A DNA stretch of 64,000 bases from an uncultured Myxococcales bacterium (GCA_903924465.1 CAIYBN010000137.1:2606-66605), one strand, 5' to 3'; shown: positions 9,733 to 19,920, counted from the stretch's first letter. The notes: generated by a model from the sequence alone, not told the origin. A program made the numbers and translations.

Positions 9733-12180
9733 CTACTTGATCGGTGGCAGTTTGTCATACGCAATGGTTCCCGCGTCAAGTCTTCCCGGCAGCGGCAACC
9801 AGGCGGTCAGCGCTGCCAGTTCGTCGCGTACCTGGTCCTGCACCGTCTTGGGCAGCCCGGGCGCAGTGAGCCAGGCGAGCGCCAGTTGGTTCACCTTGGC
9901 GAGATTGTCCTTGGCCGCCGCCGCGCCGATCACGAAACGTTGACCGTGTGCGCCAATCGCTGCCACCAGCGCGGGCACCACCGGCACGAGCAGCTTGTCC
10001 GCCACCTGATTCACCACCGTCGCGTCGCTCGGCAGGCTCGATGGATGGTTTGGCTCGAGCACTTGACCTTTGATTTCAATGACGCCAGTCGCAAAGTCGT
10101 CGCCGTTCTGGCGCCACTCGGCATTCGCGGTGAACGGCGGCGTCCCCGCAACCTTCTTGGCTTTGCCATGGCCTTTCGAGGCGTTCGCCACTTCCAACCG
10201 CGCCTGCAATGTCGCCTGCGCCGCGTAGGTCTGCCGCTCCACCTGGTAGTCGTACGGCTGCCAAATCTCCTTGGGCGCCCGTTTGGGCGTGTCCAGCGCG
10301 ACCTTTTGCGCTGCGTCATACGCCGCTTGCTTCTCATCGACCAACGCCTGGAGCTTCAAACGCTTGGGACCCAAATCAGCCAAATGCGCCTGCTGCTTCT
10401 GGATTTGCTTTTCGTAATACTCCACGTTGGCGTGCCAGCGGAGCTTGGCCCGCGTGTTGTCGCAATTCAGCGTGCCGTCCGGACACGGCGACGGCTGCGC
10501 GGTGTAATACGCCTTGTCTTCGTCGACGATCTTCGCGCGAATCTCCGCCAACTGCTGCTGGAGATTGTACAATTCGCGTTCCGACTCGTTCAGCCCTTCC
10601 TGAATCGGCCGCAGGTCCTGTGTCGCCACGTTCAGCGTCAGCAGCGCGGAAGACTGTCGCGCTTGCGCGTCCGCCCAGGCCGGATTGTCCACAATCTCGA
10701 CATGATCCAGGTAGTTCTTGCTGCGCGGCTCCGGTGCCTGCGTTCGCTCCAGCTTGGCGCCGCTCACCGTCAGAATGAGCTTGGTCTCCGCGTTGGCCTT
10801 CTTGCCCGAGACGATCGCGATGCCAGCGCGCTCCAAACCCGCCGCCGCCAGCCCGCGCCGCACGCCAGCGATCAGCGCCTCGTCGAGCCCCGGCATCGTC
10901 GGCACCACCGCTCCGGCATCTTTGCTCGCGTGTTTCGACTTGTGCTTGGGCGCTTCGGCCGCTTCACCCGCGACAATTTCCAGTTTCGTCGCAGCCAGTT
11001 GTGCCACCGCGCTCGCCCACTTCGCGCGCACTTTGCGAGCGGCTTTGTCCTGTGGCGCGACCGCCAGAATCATCTGGGCGTACACCAGCGCCGCCGCCGG
11101 CAACTTCTGCTTCAGCGCCGTTGCCAGCGGCTTTTGCAGGATCGAGGTGACCTTTTCGTGCGTCTCCGCAAACACGCGCGCCGCTTCCGCATTCAACGCC
11201 GCGTCCTCGGTTGCGAGCGACTGCGCGCGACTGGCCAAGCGCATCGCCATGAGCCAGTTCTTGCTGGCACGCTGATCCTTGACCCGCAGCAGCAGATCTG
11301 CCGCCAGCCGTTTCTTCGTTTCCCGCAGGCCTGTCACGGCTTCCGCCGGCGGATTCGGCCGGGCGGCCAGCGCTTGGTAGGCGGCCAGCGCGGCTTCGAG
11401 CCGCCCTGCCTGGAGATCTGCTTCGGCCTGGAGCACCTGTTGCTGAAAATCGTTCGCTGCATGCAGTTGCTCGATGAGCGCGAACGCGTCCGGATGCCCC
11501 GGCGACCAGGCGAGAGCCTTTTGCGCGCGTGCTTCCGCCTCCTGCGTCTTGCCGGCCGCAAGCAGCTCGCGGGCTTCCAGCACCAGGTAGGACGCCACGG
11601 GACCACGGGCCTCACGCCAAAGTGCTGCACCGTCGGCAAAATCACGCGGCCAAAGCGCCAACCATTCCAAGTCCTTGACGAGTGCCTGCCATTCGGCGCG
11701 GTCGGCCAGTGTCACCGGATGATCGGCGAGCTTGGTCAGCCGCGCGCGCGTGTTGGCGAGCGACTGCGCCCCGCGTGTGCGCACGTCCGCGGTCGCCGCA
11801 TGGCCAGCCACAACGCGCGGATCGTCGGCGCGCAACGCAGCGCCTTTGTCGTATTGTGCCTCTGCCGCCGCCAAATCGTGCGCGGCAAACGCCTGATGCC
11901 CGGCGTCCACGTGCTGGCCGACGGCCCGCGTTGTGGCTTCCTGCCATTTCGGCCGGATCGCTTCACGTGCCTGCGGGGTCGGCGCCGCGTCGTAGGCCCG
12001 GTGATAGGCTGCCGCGGCCGCATCCCAGTCGCCTTGCCGTGCCGACTCTCCAGCATCCGTTGCCACAACTTGCGGCTGTGCACCACACGCAACCAGACCC
12101 AACAAGGCGCCAACGAGGACGGCAGCGTGCGGCGGACGAACGGTCGGAAAGCGCAAGCCGCGGCTACTTTTCATCGTCAT
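9733..12180 (-). CDS. Hypothetical TPR/coiled-coil lipoprotein
   Basis: LVAC lipobox, TPR-like helices, Gln/Glu-rich coiled-coil segment. Confidence 0.7.
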   Translation of the reverse strand: MTMKSSRGLRFPTVRPPHAAVLVGALLGLVACGAQPQVVATDAGESARQGDWDAAAAAYHRAYDAAPTPQAREAIRPKWQEATTRAVGQHVDAGHQAFAAHDLAAAEAQYDKGAALRADDPRVVAGHAATADVRTRGAQSLANTRARLTKLADHPVTLADRAEWQALVKDLEWLALWPRDFADGAALWREARGPVASYLVLEARELLAAGKTQEAEARAQKALAWSPGHPDAFALIEQLHAANDFQQQVLQAEADLQAGRLEAALAAYQALAARPNPPAEAVTGLRETKKRLAADLLLRVKDQRASKNWLMAMRLASRAQSLATEDAALNAEAARVFAETHEKVTSILQKPLATALKQKLPAAALVYAQMILAVAPQDKAARKVRAKWASAVAQLAATKLEIVAGEAAEAPKHKSKHASKDAGAVVPTMPGLDEALIAGVRRGLAAAGLERAGIAIVSGKKANAETKLILTVSGAKLERTQAPEPRSKNYLDHVEIVDNPAWADAQARQSSALLTLNVATQDLRPIQEGLNESERELYNLQQQLAEIRAKIVDEDKAYYTAQPSPCPDGTLNCDNTRAKLRWHANVEYYEKQIQKQQAHLADLGPKRLKLQALVDEKQAAYDAAQKVALDTPKRAPKEIWQPYDYQVERQTYAAQATLQARLEVANASKGHGKAKKVAGTPPFTANAEWRQNGDDFATGVIEIKGQVLEPNHPSSLPSDATVVNQVADKLLVPVVPALVAAIGAHGQRFVIGAAAAKDNLAKVNQLALAWLTAPGLPKTVQDQVRDELAALTAWLPLPGRLDAGTIAYDKLPPIK

Positions 12181-12414
12181 GACCTTTGGACAAACGTGCC
12201 CACATCAGCGAGTCGCGAAGATAGCGCGCGGCGCTTGTCGGTGGCAAGCGGCTGGCGCAATCGCTTGCGGCAACTGTCAGAAATGCCTTGGCTTCTGCGG
12301 GGTGGACTTGCCAATCGTGGACGGTTGCCGTATCCAGCAGAGCCGCGTTGGCCGGAAACGCCGCGCAAATCGACCACACGGGCGCTTGACCGCGTCCGCC
12401 AGGAGTTCCCCGTC

Positions 12415-12693
12415 ATGGCCGTCACAGTCAAGATCCCAACGCCGCTGCGCAAGTTCACCGGCGACAAAGATTCCGTTCAAGTGGAAGGCGCGACCGTCGG
12501 CGCGGCACTCCACGCGTTGGAGGTCAAGGCTCCTGGAATTGCTGCGAAAATTGTCGATGACGACGGCAAAGTGCGCCGTTTCATCAACATCTATGCCGGC
12601 GAAGACGACATCCGCTTCCTCGACGGCCTCGCGACCGCGATCACCGACGGCGCAGAAATCAGCATCATCCCGGCCATCGCTGGCGGCTGCTGA
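12415..12693 (+). CDS. MoaD/ThiS/CysO-type ubiquitin-like sulfur carrier (92 aa, ends AIAGGC)
   Basis: MAVTVKIPTPLRKFTG...RRFINIY..EDDIRFLDGL..IIPAIAGGC; ATG at 12415 inside the long 9220 ORF. Confidence 0.9.
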   Translation: MAVTVKIPTPLRKFTGDKDSVQVEGATVGAALHALEVKAPGIAAKIVDDDGKVRRFINIYAGEDDIRFLDGLATAITDGAEISIIPAIAGGC

Positions 12694-12695
12694 TC

Positions 12696-13754
12696 GTGCG
12701 CGACCCGAAACGGCTTTTCGCCCGTTACGGCCGGCAACTGCTCGTCGACGGCGCGGACTTTGACGGGCAAGCGCGGTTGCACGGCTGGACGGCGGTTCTC
12801 GCCGGTGACACATCAGAATGGGCGCAAGCGGCGACCGAGGCCTGTGGCCGGTATCTCGTCGGCGCCGGTGTGGGTGCCATTGTCGCGCCGTCGTCGTTCG
12901 CGGCGGCGCTCCAGGCGCTGGATCCGCAGTTGCATGTGCTGCCTGGGCTGGACACGGTTTCGCCGCCGGTCGCGCACTATTGGTTCGCCAGCCGGCCCTA
13001 TGGCGCCAGCGTCGATGTCGCGGTCACCGACGCCAGTGCGGGATACGCGGCGGGCCAAAGCGGGCCAGCGCGCGTGACGACCCTGCGTTTCGCGTGCGGG
13101 GAGCCTGCGTCGCCTGAAGTCGCCGTGGTGGTTGGCGCGGCGGCGGCCGATCTGCTCCTGGCCGACGTGCTGAAGCTGGAACCACTGCCGGCTCATGTGG
13201 TCATTGACTGGACTGACCCGACCGAGCCCACGATGACGCGAACGCCGCGGTCGACGGATCCACCGGCGGAGGCGAGCCAGTTTGCGCCGCGACCGGGGTT
13301 GCTGGCTGAAATGCGCGGGACGCCGACCGCTTGGGCGCCCATCGAAGCGGAGGCGGTGCGCGGTTATCCGACCGAGACGTGCGGCCTGCTCGTGCGCGAG
13401 CCGGGCGGGCAACTGAAGACCATCGTGTGCCCGAATTTGCAGGATCGCTACCATGCGCTGGATCCGAACGAGTTTCCACGCACGTCGCGCACGGCCTACA
13501 AGCTCAACGAGCGGGTGATTGCCAAGTCCGCAGATGCGGGCGAAGCGCTCGTGGCGATTTGGCACTCCCACTGCGACGCCGGTGCGTACTTTTCCGCCGA
13601 GGATGTTCGATGCGCGGCGCCGGCAGGGCAGCCCCTGTATCCGGGCGTGGCGTATCTGGTCGTGAGCGTCCTTGGCGGCCAACTGCGCGGTGCCGCGTTG
13701 TACCATTTCGACCCGGCGACGGGCGGATTTGCCGCCGAGCACCCGTCCGACTAG
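12696..13754 (+). CDS. Fusion of a degenerate ThiF/MoeB-like N-terminus and a JAB/Mov34 (M67) metalloprotease
   Basis: N-term RYGRQLLV..GQARL...YLVGAGVG; C-term YPTETCGLL and WHSHCDAGAYFSAED (JAMM E..HxH..S..D). Confidence 0.8.
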   Translation: MRDPKRLFARYGRQLLVDGADFDGQARLHGWTAVLAGDTSEWAQAATEACGRYLVGAGVGAIVAPSSFAAALQALDPQLHVLPGLDTVSPPVAHYWFASRPYGASVDVAVTDASAGYAAGQSGPARVTTLRFACGEPASPEVAVVVGAAAADLLLADVLKLEPLPAHVVIDWTDPTEPTMTRTPRSTDPPAEASQFAPRPGLLAEMRGTPTAWAPIEAEAVRGYPTETCGLLVREPGGQLKTIVCPNLQDRYHALDPNEFPRTSRTAYKLNERVIAKSADAGEALVAIWHSHCDAGAYFSAEDVRCAAPAGQPLYPGVAYLVVSVLGGQLRGAALYHFDPATGGFAAEHPSD

Positions 13755-13832
13755 CCGTTTTCTGGCCTTTACACGGGGCCAGCTTGCGGCATGCTGTCCT
13801 TACGCGCTGGCCGGATCAGCGGCGTGGTGGCC

Positions 13833-15521
13833 ATGACGTTTCGCGATACTCGCTACCAGCAATTGATCGCCCGGCCGCGGCCGCTGTCCGTGGACGCAGC
13901 GAATGCGTCGGACCGGCTGCGCTTGGCGCGGGCGTTTGGTACTTCGCTGGACGCGCTGGTCCGCGCCCAGCAACTGCAGTCGTCGTCGATGGAAGGGCTC
14001 CTCGCGCGGGCAACGGAGGCAGCGAGGGCGGTGCCGGGACAGACGCTGCAGGTGGAAGCCAGTGGTATCACTTTGGATGGCGACGCGGTGCTGCCGGCAA
14101 CGCCGGACTCCGGTGGCTGGGTCCTGCAGGCTTGGTATGCGGGCCTGCGTGCGCTGACGGCCTTGGCGGACGTGCGCTCCGAGGACGTGCGTGTGCTCGC
14201 GATGGGGATCGCGCAAGCCGCTCCGGGCGCAGATGCCATCGATCGCCTGGCTTCCTGGCTGTGGTCGTCGCCGGTCGACGGCTTTCGCCTGGATCTGCGG
14301 ATGTGCGCGGTCGAACGGATCGAAGCCGTCCTGGGCGATGCTCCAGCTGGCCGTGCCGCATTGCGCAAAGCGTGGACGGACGCTGCCGGGCGGGTTCTGG
14401 ACGGCGCGGATCCATTTGCCTCACGTTCTGCCGAAACGTTCGCGCGCGAGCGGGCGTGGTGGACGCGCGCGACGACCGGCGATCTGGCGCTGTCCGAGGC
14501 CGAGATCCGCACCTTGCGTGCCGAAGCCGATGATCCCGCGGCTCTTTTGCGGATGGAAATGATGACGGCGATGGCCGAGATGGGTTGGCAACCGGCCGTG
14601 CCCGCGCCGCTGATCGCGCGACAGATGACGCGCCTGGCGGGCGTGACGTTCGACGTCGACTTGAACTCCTTGTCGGGCTTGCTGAGCAGCGACGAGGCCG
14701 ATTACGGCCGTGTTTGCGTGGCTGAATTGGCGAATTTCCCCCTGGGTGAAGCGCTGGCCAAGGCGGCGCCTTTGCGGCCTGACCTGAACGCGGAGGAGCT
14801 GACGCGACTCCAAGCGCTGATCAACCGGTTGCCCGAGGCGACCGCGGTGGCACTCGTGCAGGCGCTTCTGGGCCGTCTCGCCGAACAGCCCGACGTGCTG
14901 CTGCCGGTGTTTGGGCAAATCGCCCAGGCGCTCACGTTTGAAGTGTTCCTGCGCCTCGCCGCACCGTCGACGCTGCCGCCGACCTTGCGACCGTTGGTGG
15001 GGCGCGTGCTGCTCGCAGCGGCGCCGTCTGCCGACGAGTGGACGAACCTGTGCGCGAGCCTGCCGGTCAGCGCTTTCCTGGAAGTGCTGCGTGCGACCCC
15101 GCCCGAAGCGTTGGAAATGCTCGCACCGGCTCTGGAACCGGCACTGAAAAAAGCGGATGCCCGCGAGCGCACGCAGATCGTGGCGTGGTTGACGGATCCG
15201 GCCCGTGGCGCACAACTTGCTGAAGCGATTGTCGCCGCGCTCGCCAGCGGTTTTGTGCTAAGCGGTGGGGTTGGTTGGGAACTGCGGACCATTCGGCTGA
15301 TTGCTGACACGGCGCTGCGTGCAGGGCACGCTGGGGAATCGCTGCTGGAGATGATGCGCTCGGCGAAGGTGCCACCGGAGGCGCGGGTGGCGATTCTGGA
15401 CTCGCTGGCGCGCTCGCCAGCCCACGCCACCGAAGCGCTGAAGTGGCGGATGGGCGAGATGTTTGATGCGCCGGAACTGCGGGATCGGCTGGTCGAATTG
15501 CGCAAGCGGAGGCAGACATGA
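13833..15521 (+). CDS. Hypothetical alpha-helical (HEAT-like) protein
   Basis: Long Ala/Leu-rich helical ORF; stop overlaps the next gene (ATGA); start uncertain (13791 or 13833). Confidence 0.6.
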   Translation: MTFRDTRYQQLIARPRPLSVDAANASDRLRLARAFGTSLDALVRAQQLQSSSMEGLLARATEAARAVPGQTLQVEASGITLDGDAVLPATPDSGGWVLQAWYAGLRALTALADVRSEDVRVLAMGIAQAAPGADAIDRLASWLWSSPVDGFRLDLRMCAVERIEAVLGDAPAGRAALRKAWTDAAGRVLDGADPFASRSAETFARERAWWTRATTGDLALSEAEIRTLRAEADDPAALLRMEMMTAMAEMGWQPAVPAPLIARQMTRLAGVTFDVDLNSLSGLLSSDEADYGRVCVAELANFPLGEALAKAAPLRPDLNAEELTRLQALINRLPEATAVALVQALLGRLAEQPDVLLPVFGQIAQALTFEVFLRLAAPSTLPPTLRPLVGRVLLAAAPSADEWTNLCASLPVSAFLEVLRATPPEALEMLAPALEPALKKADARERTQIVAWLTDPARGAQLAEAIVAALASGFVLSGGVGWELRTIRLIADTALRAGHAGESLLEMMRSAKVPPEARVAILDSLARSPAHATEALKWRMGEMFDAPELRDRLVELRKRRQT

Positions 15522-16780
15522 CCTTCTCCGGCGCTTTTCCTGCCGCGCAGCGCTCCGGTGAGGAGCAAGCGCAACTGGCGCTGGCGCTTCTGGACGGGCT
15601 CTACGGCTTGATGCGCGCGCATGTTTCCCTGGGTCCCGACCATCCGTCGACTGCGAGCATGGCTGTGGATGTCGCGGCAGCAGCTGCGGCGATCACGGTG
15701 CCGTGCAGCCTGCAATTTCTCGGGGCTTCGGCGTACTGCAACCGCGTCCTGCTGCCGGTCGGGATCGAGCGCGTCGCGCAGGTTCTGCAAGTCGCGCGGG
15801 CGTTGGACGCCATGAGTGCGCAAGAGTTGATCTTCGATCAGACGGTCAATCCGCAGACGCTCCTGACGCTGACACAAGTGCTCGTGCGCCCTGGGGAAAG
15901 CGCCTTGCAAACGGTGTCTGGTGTGCAATGGCGACCGCTGACGGGGCCGGTGTGGGGCGACGGAGGCAAGCCGATTGATCGCGACATTGCGGCGCGCATT
16001 TGGCTGGCACGCGCGGCGGCGGCGGCGGAACGTCTGGATCGGGATGAAACCACGCCGTGGCCTTGGGCGACGAGCGCGGCGATTTTGCGACGTCTGGAGC
16101 AAGTCGTGCTGTTGGACCCGGCCGTGGCGCTGCGGGCGTTGGAATTGGCGCCGCAGCCTTGGCTGGCGGGGCGCCGCGCGGTCGCGGTGGCTTTGCGGAC
16201 GATGGTGACGCTCGCGACTGTCGGCGCGACGCCGGAAACGCAGCGTCTGGCTGGCCACGTCGCGTTGTTGGCGGCAGTCCACGGATTTTTCGACGCGCCA
16301 CCGCGGCCGTTCGACATGGCCGCGCAAACCGCGCTGCTGCGGGCAAGCCAGCAGCCGGGTGTGGACGCCGTCGTTTCTGCGCGCCACCGTCTGCGCGTCG
16401 CAGCGCTGCTGCAAGCTTTGGCGCATCGCGCGGGGACCGGTAGTGCCTGGCCGGGACCGCTCGGTGCCGTGCTCGTTTCCTGGGATCTGGAGTCACGCCG
16501 CGGCGGCAAGGCCGATGCGCCCCCGCGAACGACGATGGAGGCGCTGGTCGCTGCCGACGCGGATCCCTTCGTGCTGGGCGGACGGACGTGGCTGCGGGCC
16601 CTCATCGCAGCGATGCCAGGTACGCCGCCGGGAACGGTCGTCCTGGATGCGGGCAATCAAGTGGGCGCAGTGCTCGATGCGTCCGGGCGCTCCGGTGGCG
16701 GGCGGCCGACGCTTGTGCTCGCACAAGGGCAAATCGTCCAAGCGCAGGCGCCACTGATTCCGCTCCTGCGCGACTTCTGA
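15518..16780 (+). CDS. Hypothetical protein, degenerate HD-GYP-like architecture
   Basis: N-term LGPDHP motif, ALLAAVHG where ALLHDxG is expected, C-term PPGTVVL..NQVGAV. Confidence 0.5.
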   Translation: MTFSGAFPAAQRSGEEQAQLALALLDGLYGLMRAHVSLGPDHPSTASMAVDVAAAAAAITVPCSLQFLGASAYCNRVLLPVGIERVAQVLQVARALDAMSAQELIFDQTVNPQTLLTLTQVLVRPGESALQTVSGVQWRPLTGPVWGDGGKPIDRDIAARIWLARAAAAAERLDRDETTPWPWATSAAILRRLEQVVLLDPAVALRALELAPQPWLAGRRAVAVALRTMVTLATVGATPETQRLAGHVALLAAVHGFFDAPPRPFDMAAQTALLRASQQPGVDAVVSARHRLRVAALLQALAHRAGTGSAWPGPLGAVLVSWDLESRRGGKADAPPRTTMEALVAADADPFVLGGRTWLRALIAAMPGTPPGTVVLDAGNQVGAVLDASGRSGGGRPTLVLAQGQIVQAQAPLIPLLRDF

Positions 16781-16803
16781 CAGCCCGGTCGGGATCGTGT
16801 CAC

Positions 16804-18495
16804 TTACGGGCAGGTCGTGCCGGCGCTGACGCATTCGCTGACGCAGGTCGTGTCCCACTTGCCGGCTCCGCTGCCGTCCTGATTGCAGCAGTACGGATCC
16901 CCCGCGCAAACGGTCGCCTCGCACGAGCAGCCGCCGCAGCCCGAAGTCGTTTTGGCGGTGCAGCCCGGGTCGGTCACGGTCGCGGGGCAATCGGCGGGGC
17001 AGGTCGCGTTCGTTTCGCCGCTGTCGCAGGTGCCGTTGCCGCAGTTGGTCGTCGTGCCGCAGCCCGCGCTGCTGTAGCAGCTGCTGTAGTTGGACACCAA
17101 CGCCTGGGCGTTCGAGGTTCCGTTCGAGTAGCAAGTCTGCGCGCAAGTCGTGTTTCCGGCCGCGCAGCCGGCGACGCATGAGAGGATGCTGGCGCAAGCC
17201 GTGTCGCTGGCGCAATTGACCCACTGCGCTTCGCAGTTCGCGAGCATGCACTTGGTGGCCGGATCGCAGTCCTGCGGGCACGATTTGGCGGTCTCGTTCG
17301 TGCTGCAAATGCCGTTGTTGCAGCCGGTCGGCGGGCAGTCCAGCGGGCAGCTCGTGCTGGTCTCACCGGACGAGCACGTCAGATCGCCGCACACTTTGGC
17401 TGCCGGACAGTCGGCCGCGCACGAGGCGTTCGTCTCGGGCGGCTCGCACGTGCCATTGCCGCAGACGGGACCGGTCGACGCGCAGGTGAACGAAGTGGTG
17501 CAGACCGTGTTGCCACCGCAAACGCCGCAGGTGCCGTTGCAGGCGGCGGGGCTGCCGCACTTGTAGCCGTTCGCGATGCAGCAGGACGAGGTGGGGCAGT
17601 CCTGCAGGCAGGTAACGGGCGTCTCGCCGGAGTCACACATGCCGTTGCCGCACAGCTTGGTCGCCGGGCAGTCCTGCGAGCAGCTCGTTGGCGTTTCGCC
17701 ACTTTCGCAGATGCCGTTGCCGCAGACGGGGCCCGTCGGGCAGTCGCCGGGGCACGTGGTGGCCTCATCGCCAGTGCACTTGCCATCGCCGCAGACCGAC
17801 GTGACCGTGCATGCGGTTTGCGCGCATTGCAGCAGCGAAGCGGAAATGTCGTTCCCGGAATTCTGGCACGTCGTGGCGCACGACAGCGCGTCCCCGGTGC
17901 AGGTGCTGAAGCACGACAGCACGGTCAAGCACGCCGAGTTCTGCTGACAGGCCGCCCATTGGCTGGCGCACGAGGTCTGCGCGCACTTCAGCGCTGCCAG
18001 GATGGCGCTGTTGGCGTCACCGCCGCCGATGTCGCCGATCTTGGTGTCGCTTGGATTGTCCGCGTCGGAAAGCGTCTTGCCGTCGCTGCCTGTCGTCGCA
18101 TCTTCGTTCGCCGTGCCGTCGCTGCCGGTGGTCGCGTCGGTGCCGGGCGCGACGACCGTGGCTTTGCACTCCGTTGTGCGCGCTGGCTGGCCCGCCACGG
18201 TGATTTTCTCTTGGCAAACCATACCTTGGGCGCAGTCTTCGATCAGCGTCCACTTGCCGCCCGTACACTTTTCGCGGGATGTCTGGCCGTTGAACGAGTA
18301 GCAGCCTTCGCCGTAGGCCTCGTTGCACGCGCTGTCCAGCTTGCCGCCAACGGTTCCGACGCCGCCACCGCCGCCCGCGGCCGAGCCGCAAGCCGTGAGT
18401 GCGGCCATCCAGGTGATAGCCAGGCCGACGGAACGCAGGCAGTACGGGATCGAGCAAAGAATCGAAGGGCGACGCATGGACATAGGGCTCTCCAA
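16804..18495 (-). CDS. Cys-rich lipoprotein with CGNGxC..ET..CxxDC repeats
   Basis: LTAC lipobox, about six CG[ND]xxC..GET...CPxDC modules, helical Cys modules, C-terminal DPYCC..WD..C motif. Confidence 0.8.
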   Translation of the reverse strand: MESPMSMRRPSILCSIPYCLRSVGLAITWMAALTACGSAAGGGGGVGTVGGKLDSACNEAYGEGCYSFNGQTSREKCTGGKWTLIEDCAQGMVCQEKITVAGQPARTTECKATVVAPGTDATTGSDGTANEDATTGSDGKTLSDADNPSDTKIGDIGGGDANSAILAALKCAQTSCASQWAACQQNSACLTVLSCFSTCTGDALSCATTCQNSGNDISASLLQCAQTACTVTSVCGDGKCTGDEATTCPGDCPTGPVCGNGICESGETPTSCSQDCPATKLCGNGMCDSGETPVTCLQDCPTSSCCIANGYKCGSPAACNGTCGVCGGNTVCTTSFTCASTGPVCGNGTCEPPETNASCAADCPAAKVCGDLTCSSGETSTSCPLDCPPTGCNNGICSTNETAKSCPQDCDPATKCMLANCEAQWVNCASDTACASILSCVAGCAAGNTTCAQTCYSNGTSNAQALVSNYSSCYSSAGCGTTTNCGNGTCDSGETNATCPADCPATVTDPGCTAKTTSGCGGCSCEATVCAGDPYCCNQDGSGAGKWDTTCVSECVSAGTTCP

Positions 18496-18686
18496 AATGA
18501 TTCGACCTCAAGAGGCCGACAGGACGAGGCAGGATAGCGTCTTGCTCTGTGCTTTTCAAGCGCTTTTGCGCCGTTTCGGCCATCGAACGCAGGAGCGGAA
18601 CGTGGCGAACACGCGAACGAGGTTGCAATCCCGTGCGTGCGGCCGCACAGTTCTGGACGTCGGCGTGTGTCGGCTCGCTGGGCTTC

Positions 18687-19526
18687 ATGCTGCGGTTCTT
18701 GTCAATCGTCATTCTCTCGCTGGCGCAAACGGTATGGGCGGACGACGCAGCGCCCCGGACACCGGGCGCGCACGAAGCGATGGAACTGCGCCTTCGGCTG
18801 CCGAATGAGCCCCTGCCGCTGCGGGATGCGGCCCGTGACGCAGCGTTGCAGGCCATCGAGACGCATCTGGCGTGCGCGTGCTACGAGGCGGGCGATTTCC
18901 ATCTGGATCTGGGCAAAGGTGCGCAGGCTTCGGCGTGTCCGTGTCCCTTTGCGGCGCAGATGCGCGCGGATCTGGAACACAGCCTCGCTGGGCTGACCAC
19001 GCCGCAGCTCGCAGACAAGCATGTGGTCGCGGCGCGCGTGGAAACCACGTTTGTGCCGCTTCAGCCGGAGTACGAGCGCGTCTTTCGCTATCCACGCGAC
19101 CGGATGGACTGGTTCATGAAGAACGTTCGGTGCGTGTGCGATGGCTGTAAACCTACGATCTTCTTTGCCAAATGCGGGTTGTCGTGCGCTCCGGCGATTG
19201 TCTACAAATTGCGCGCGAAGGTCTGTTTGGCGCTGGGTTTCACCGCCGATGAACTGCTGGATGCCTACCTGGCCGACGTGAATGCGCATCGACCGCCGCG
19301 CGACCAGATCAGTCGGGATTATTTGCTGCCGGGCAAGCAGCGCGAGAAGGGTTGGCTGGTGCCGGCGCTGGCCATTGGCGGTGCCGCGCTGCTGTTGCTA
19401 TGGCTGCTGCGGCGCTGGTCAAAGCGCCAGCGGGTCGCGCTCGAACATGCACCGGAAGCTGGGGTGGTCTCGGAGGCGACGCGGCGCAAGGTGGTGGCGG
19501 CATTGGACGACGATCCCGAATGGTAG
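18687..19526 (+). CDS. CcmH/NrfF-like membrane-anchored Cys-rich protein with two tandem domains
   Basis: Signal peptide; LACAC...CPCPFAAQMR and VRCVCDGC...C...C..G.TADELL..Y; C-terminal WLVP TM helix. Confidence 0.55.
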   Translation: MLRFLSIVILSLAQTVWADDAAPRTPGAHEAMELRLRLPNEPLPLRDAARDAALQAIETHLACACYEAGDFHLDLGKGAQASACPCPFAAQMRADLEHSLAGLTTPQLADKHVVAARVETTFVPLQPEYERVFRYPRDRMDWFMKNVRCVCDGCKPTIFFAKCGLSCAPAIVYKLRAKVCLALGFTADELLDAYLADVNAHRPPRDQISRDYLLPGKQREKGWLVPALAIGGAALLLLWLLRRWSKRQRVALEHAPEAGVVSEATRRKVVAALDDDPEW

Positions 19527-19542
19527 CGGAGGAGACAGCCAG

Positions 19543-19920
19543 ATGAGCGTTCAGGTGTTCCACTACGCGGGCTGCAGCACGTGCAAAAAAGCGCTGGTTT
19601 GGCTGCGTGCCCGCAACGTCGCGTTTGACGCCGTCGATCTGGTCGAAACGCCGCCCACGGCTGCACAGCTCGCCGGGATTCTGGCGGCGTCTGGCGCGGA
19701 CGTGCGCCGGCTGTTCAACGTGACCGGTCTGGTCTACCGTGGCGAGGGCTGGGCGGAAAAATCCGCGCGGATGTCGCAGACGGAGTTACTGGACGCGCTT
19801 GCGGCCAACGGCCGGCTGATCAAACGGCCACTGCTCGTCCTGCAGAAGTCGGACCGCACGGAGCGAGCCTGCATTGGATTTCGCGAACCAGAATGGTCCG
19901 CAGCGTTGGAGGGAAAATGA
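19543..19920 (+). CDS. ArsC/Spx/YffB family protein
   Basis: YAGCSTCKKALVWL, LFN..G..YR, LIKRPLL, IGF. Confidence 0.88.
   Translation: MSVQVFHYAGCSTCKKALVWLRARNVAFDAVDLVETPPTAAQLAGILAASGADVRRLFNVTGLVYRGEGWAEKSARMSQTELLDALAANGRLIKRPLLVLQKSDRTERACIGFREPEWSAALEGK

Noticed and set aside
12253-12270. Sigma54-like TGGC...TTGC upstream of the Ubl gene
   Set aside because: GG-to-GC spacing is one base too long for the strict -24/-12 consensus
9220-12414. 1157-aa ORF appearing as a giant MoaD fusion
   Set aside because: Only the last 92 codons (from ATG 12415, with AGGAG RBS) look real; the rest is antisense to the TPR lipoprotein and HAD genes
12415-13754. Ubl/JAB pair as a CBASS/Bil-type antiphage conjugation system
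   Set aside because: No E2, intact E1, cyclase or defence-island context; a sulfur-carrier role is more parsimonious
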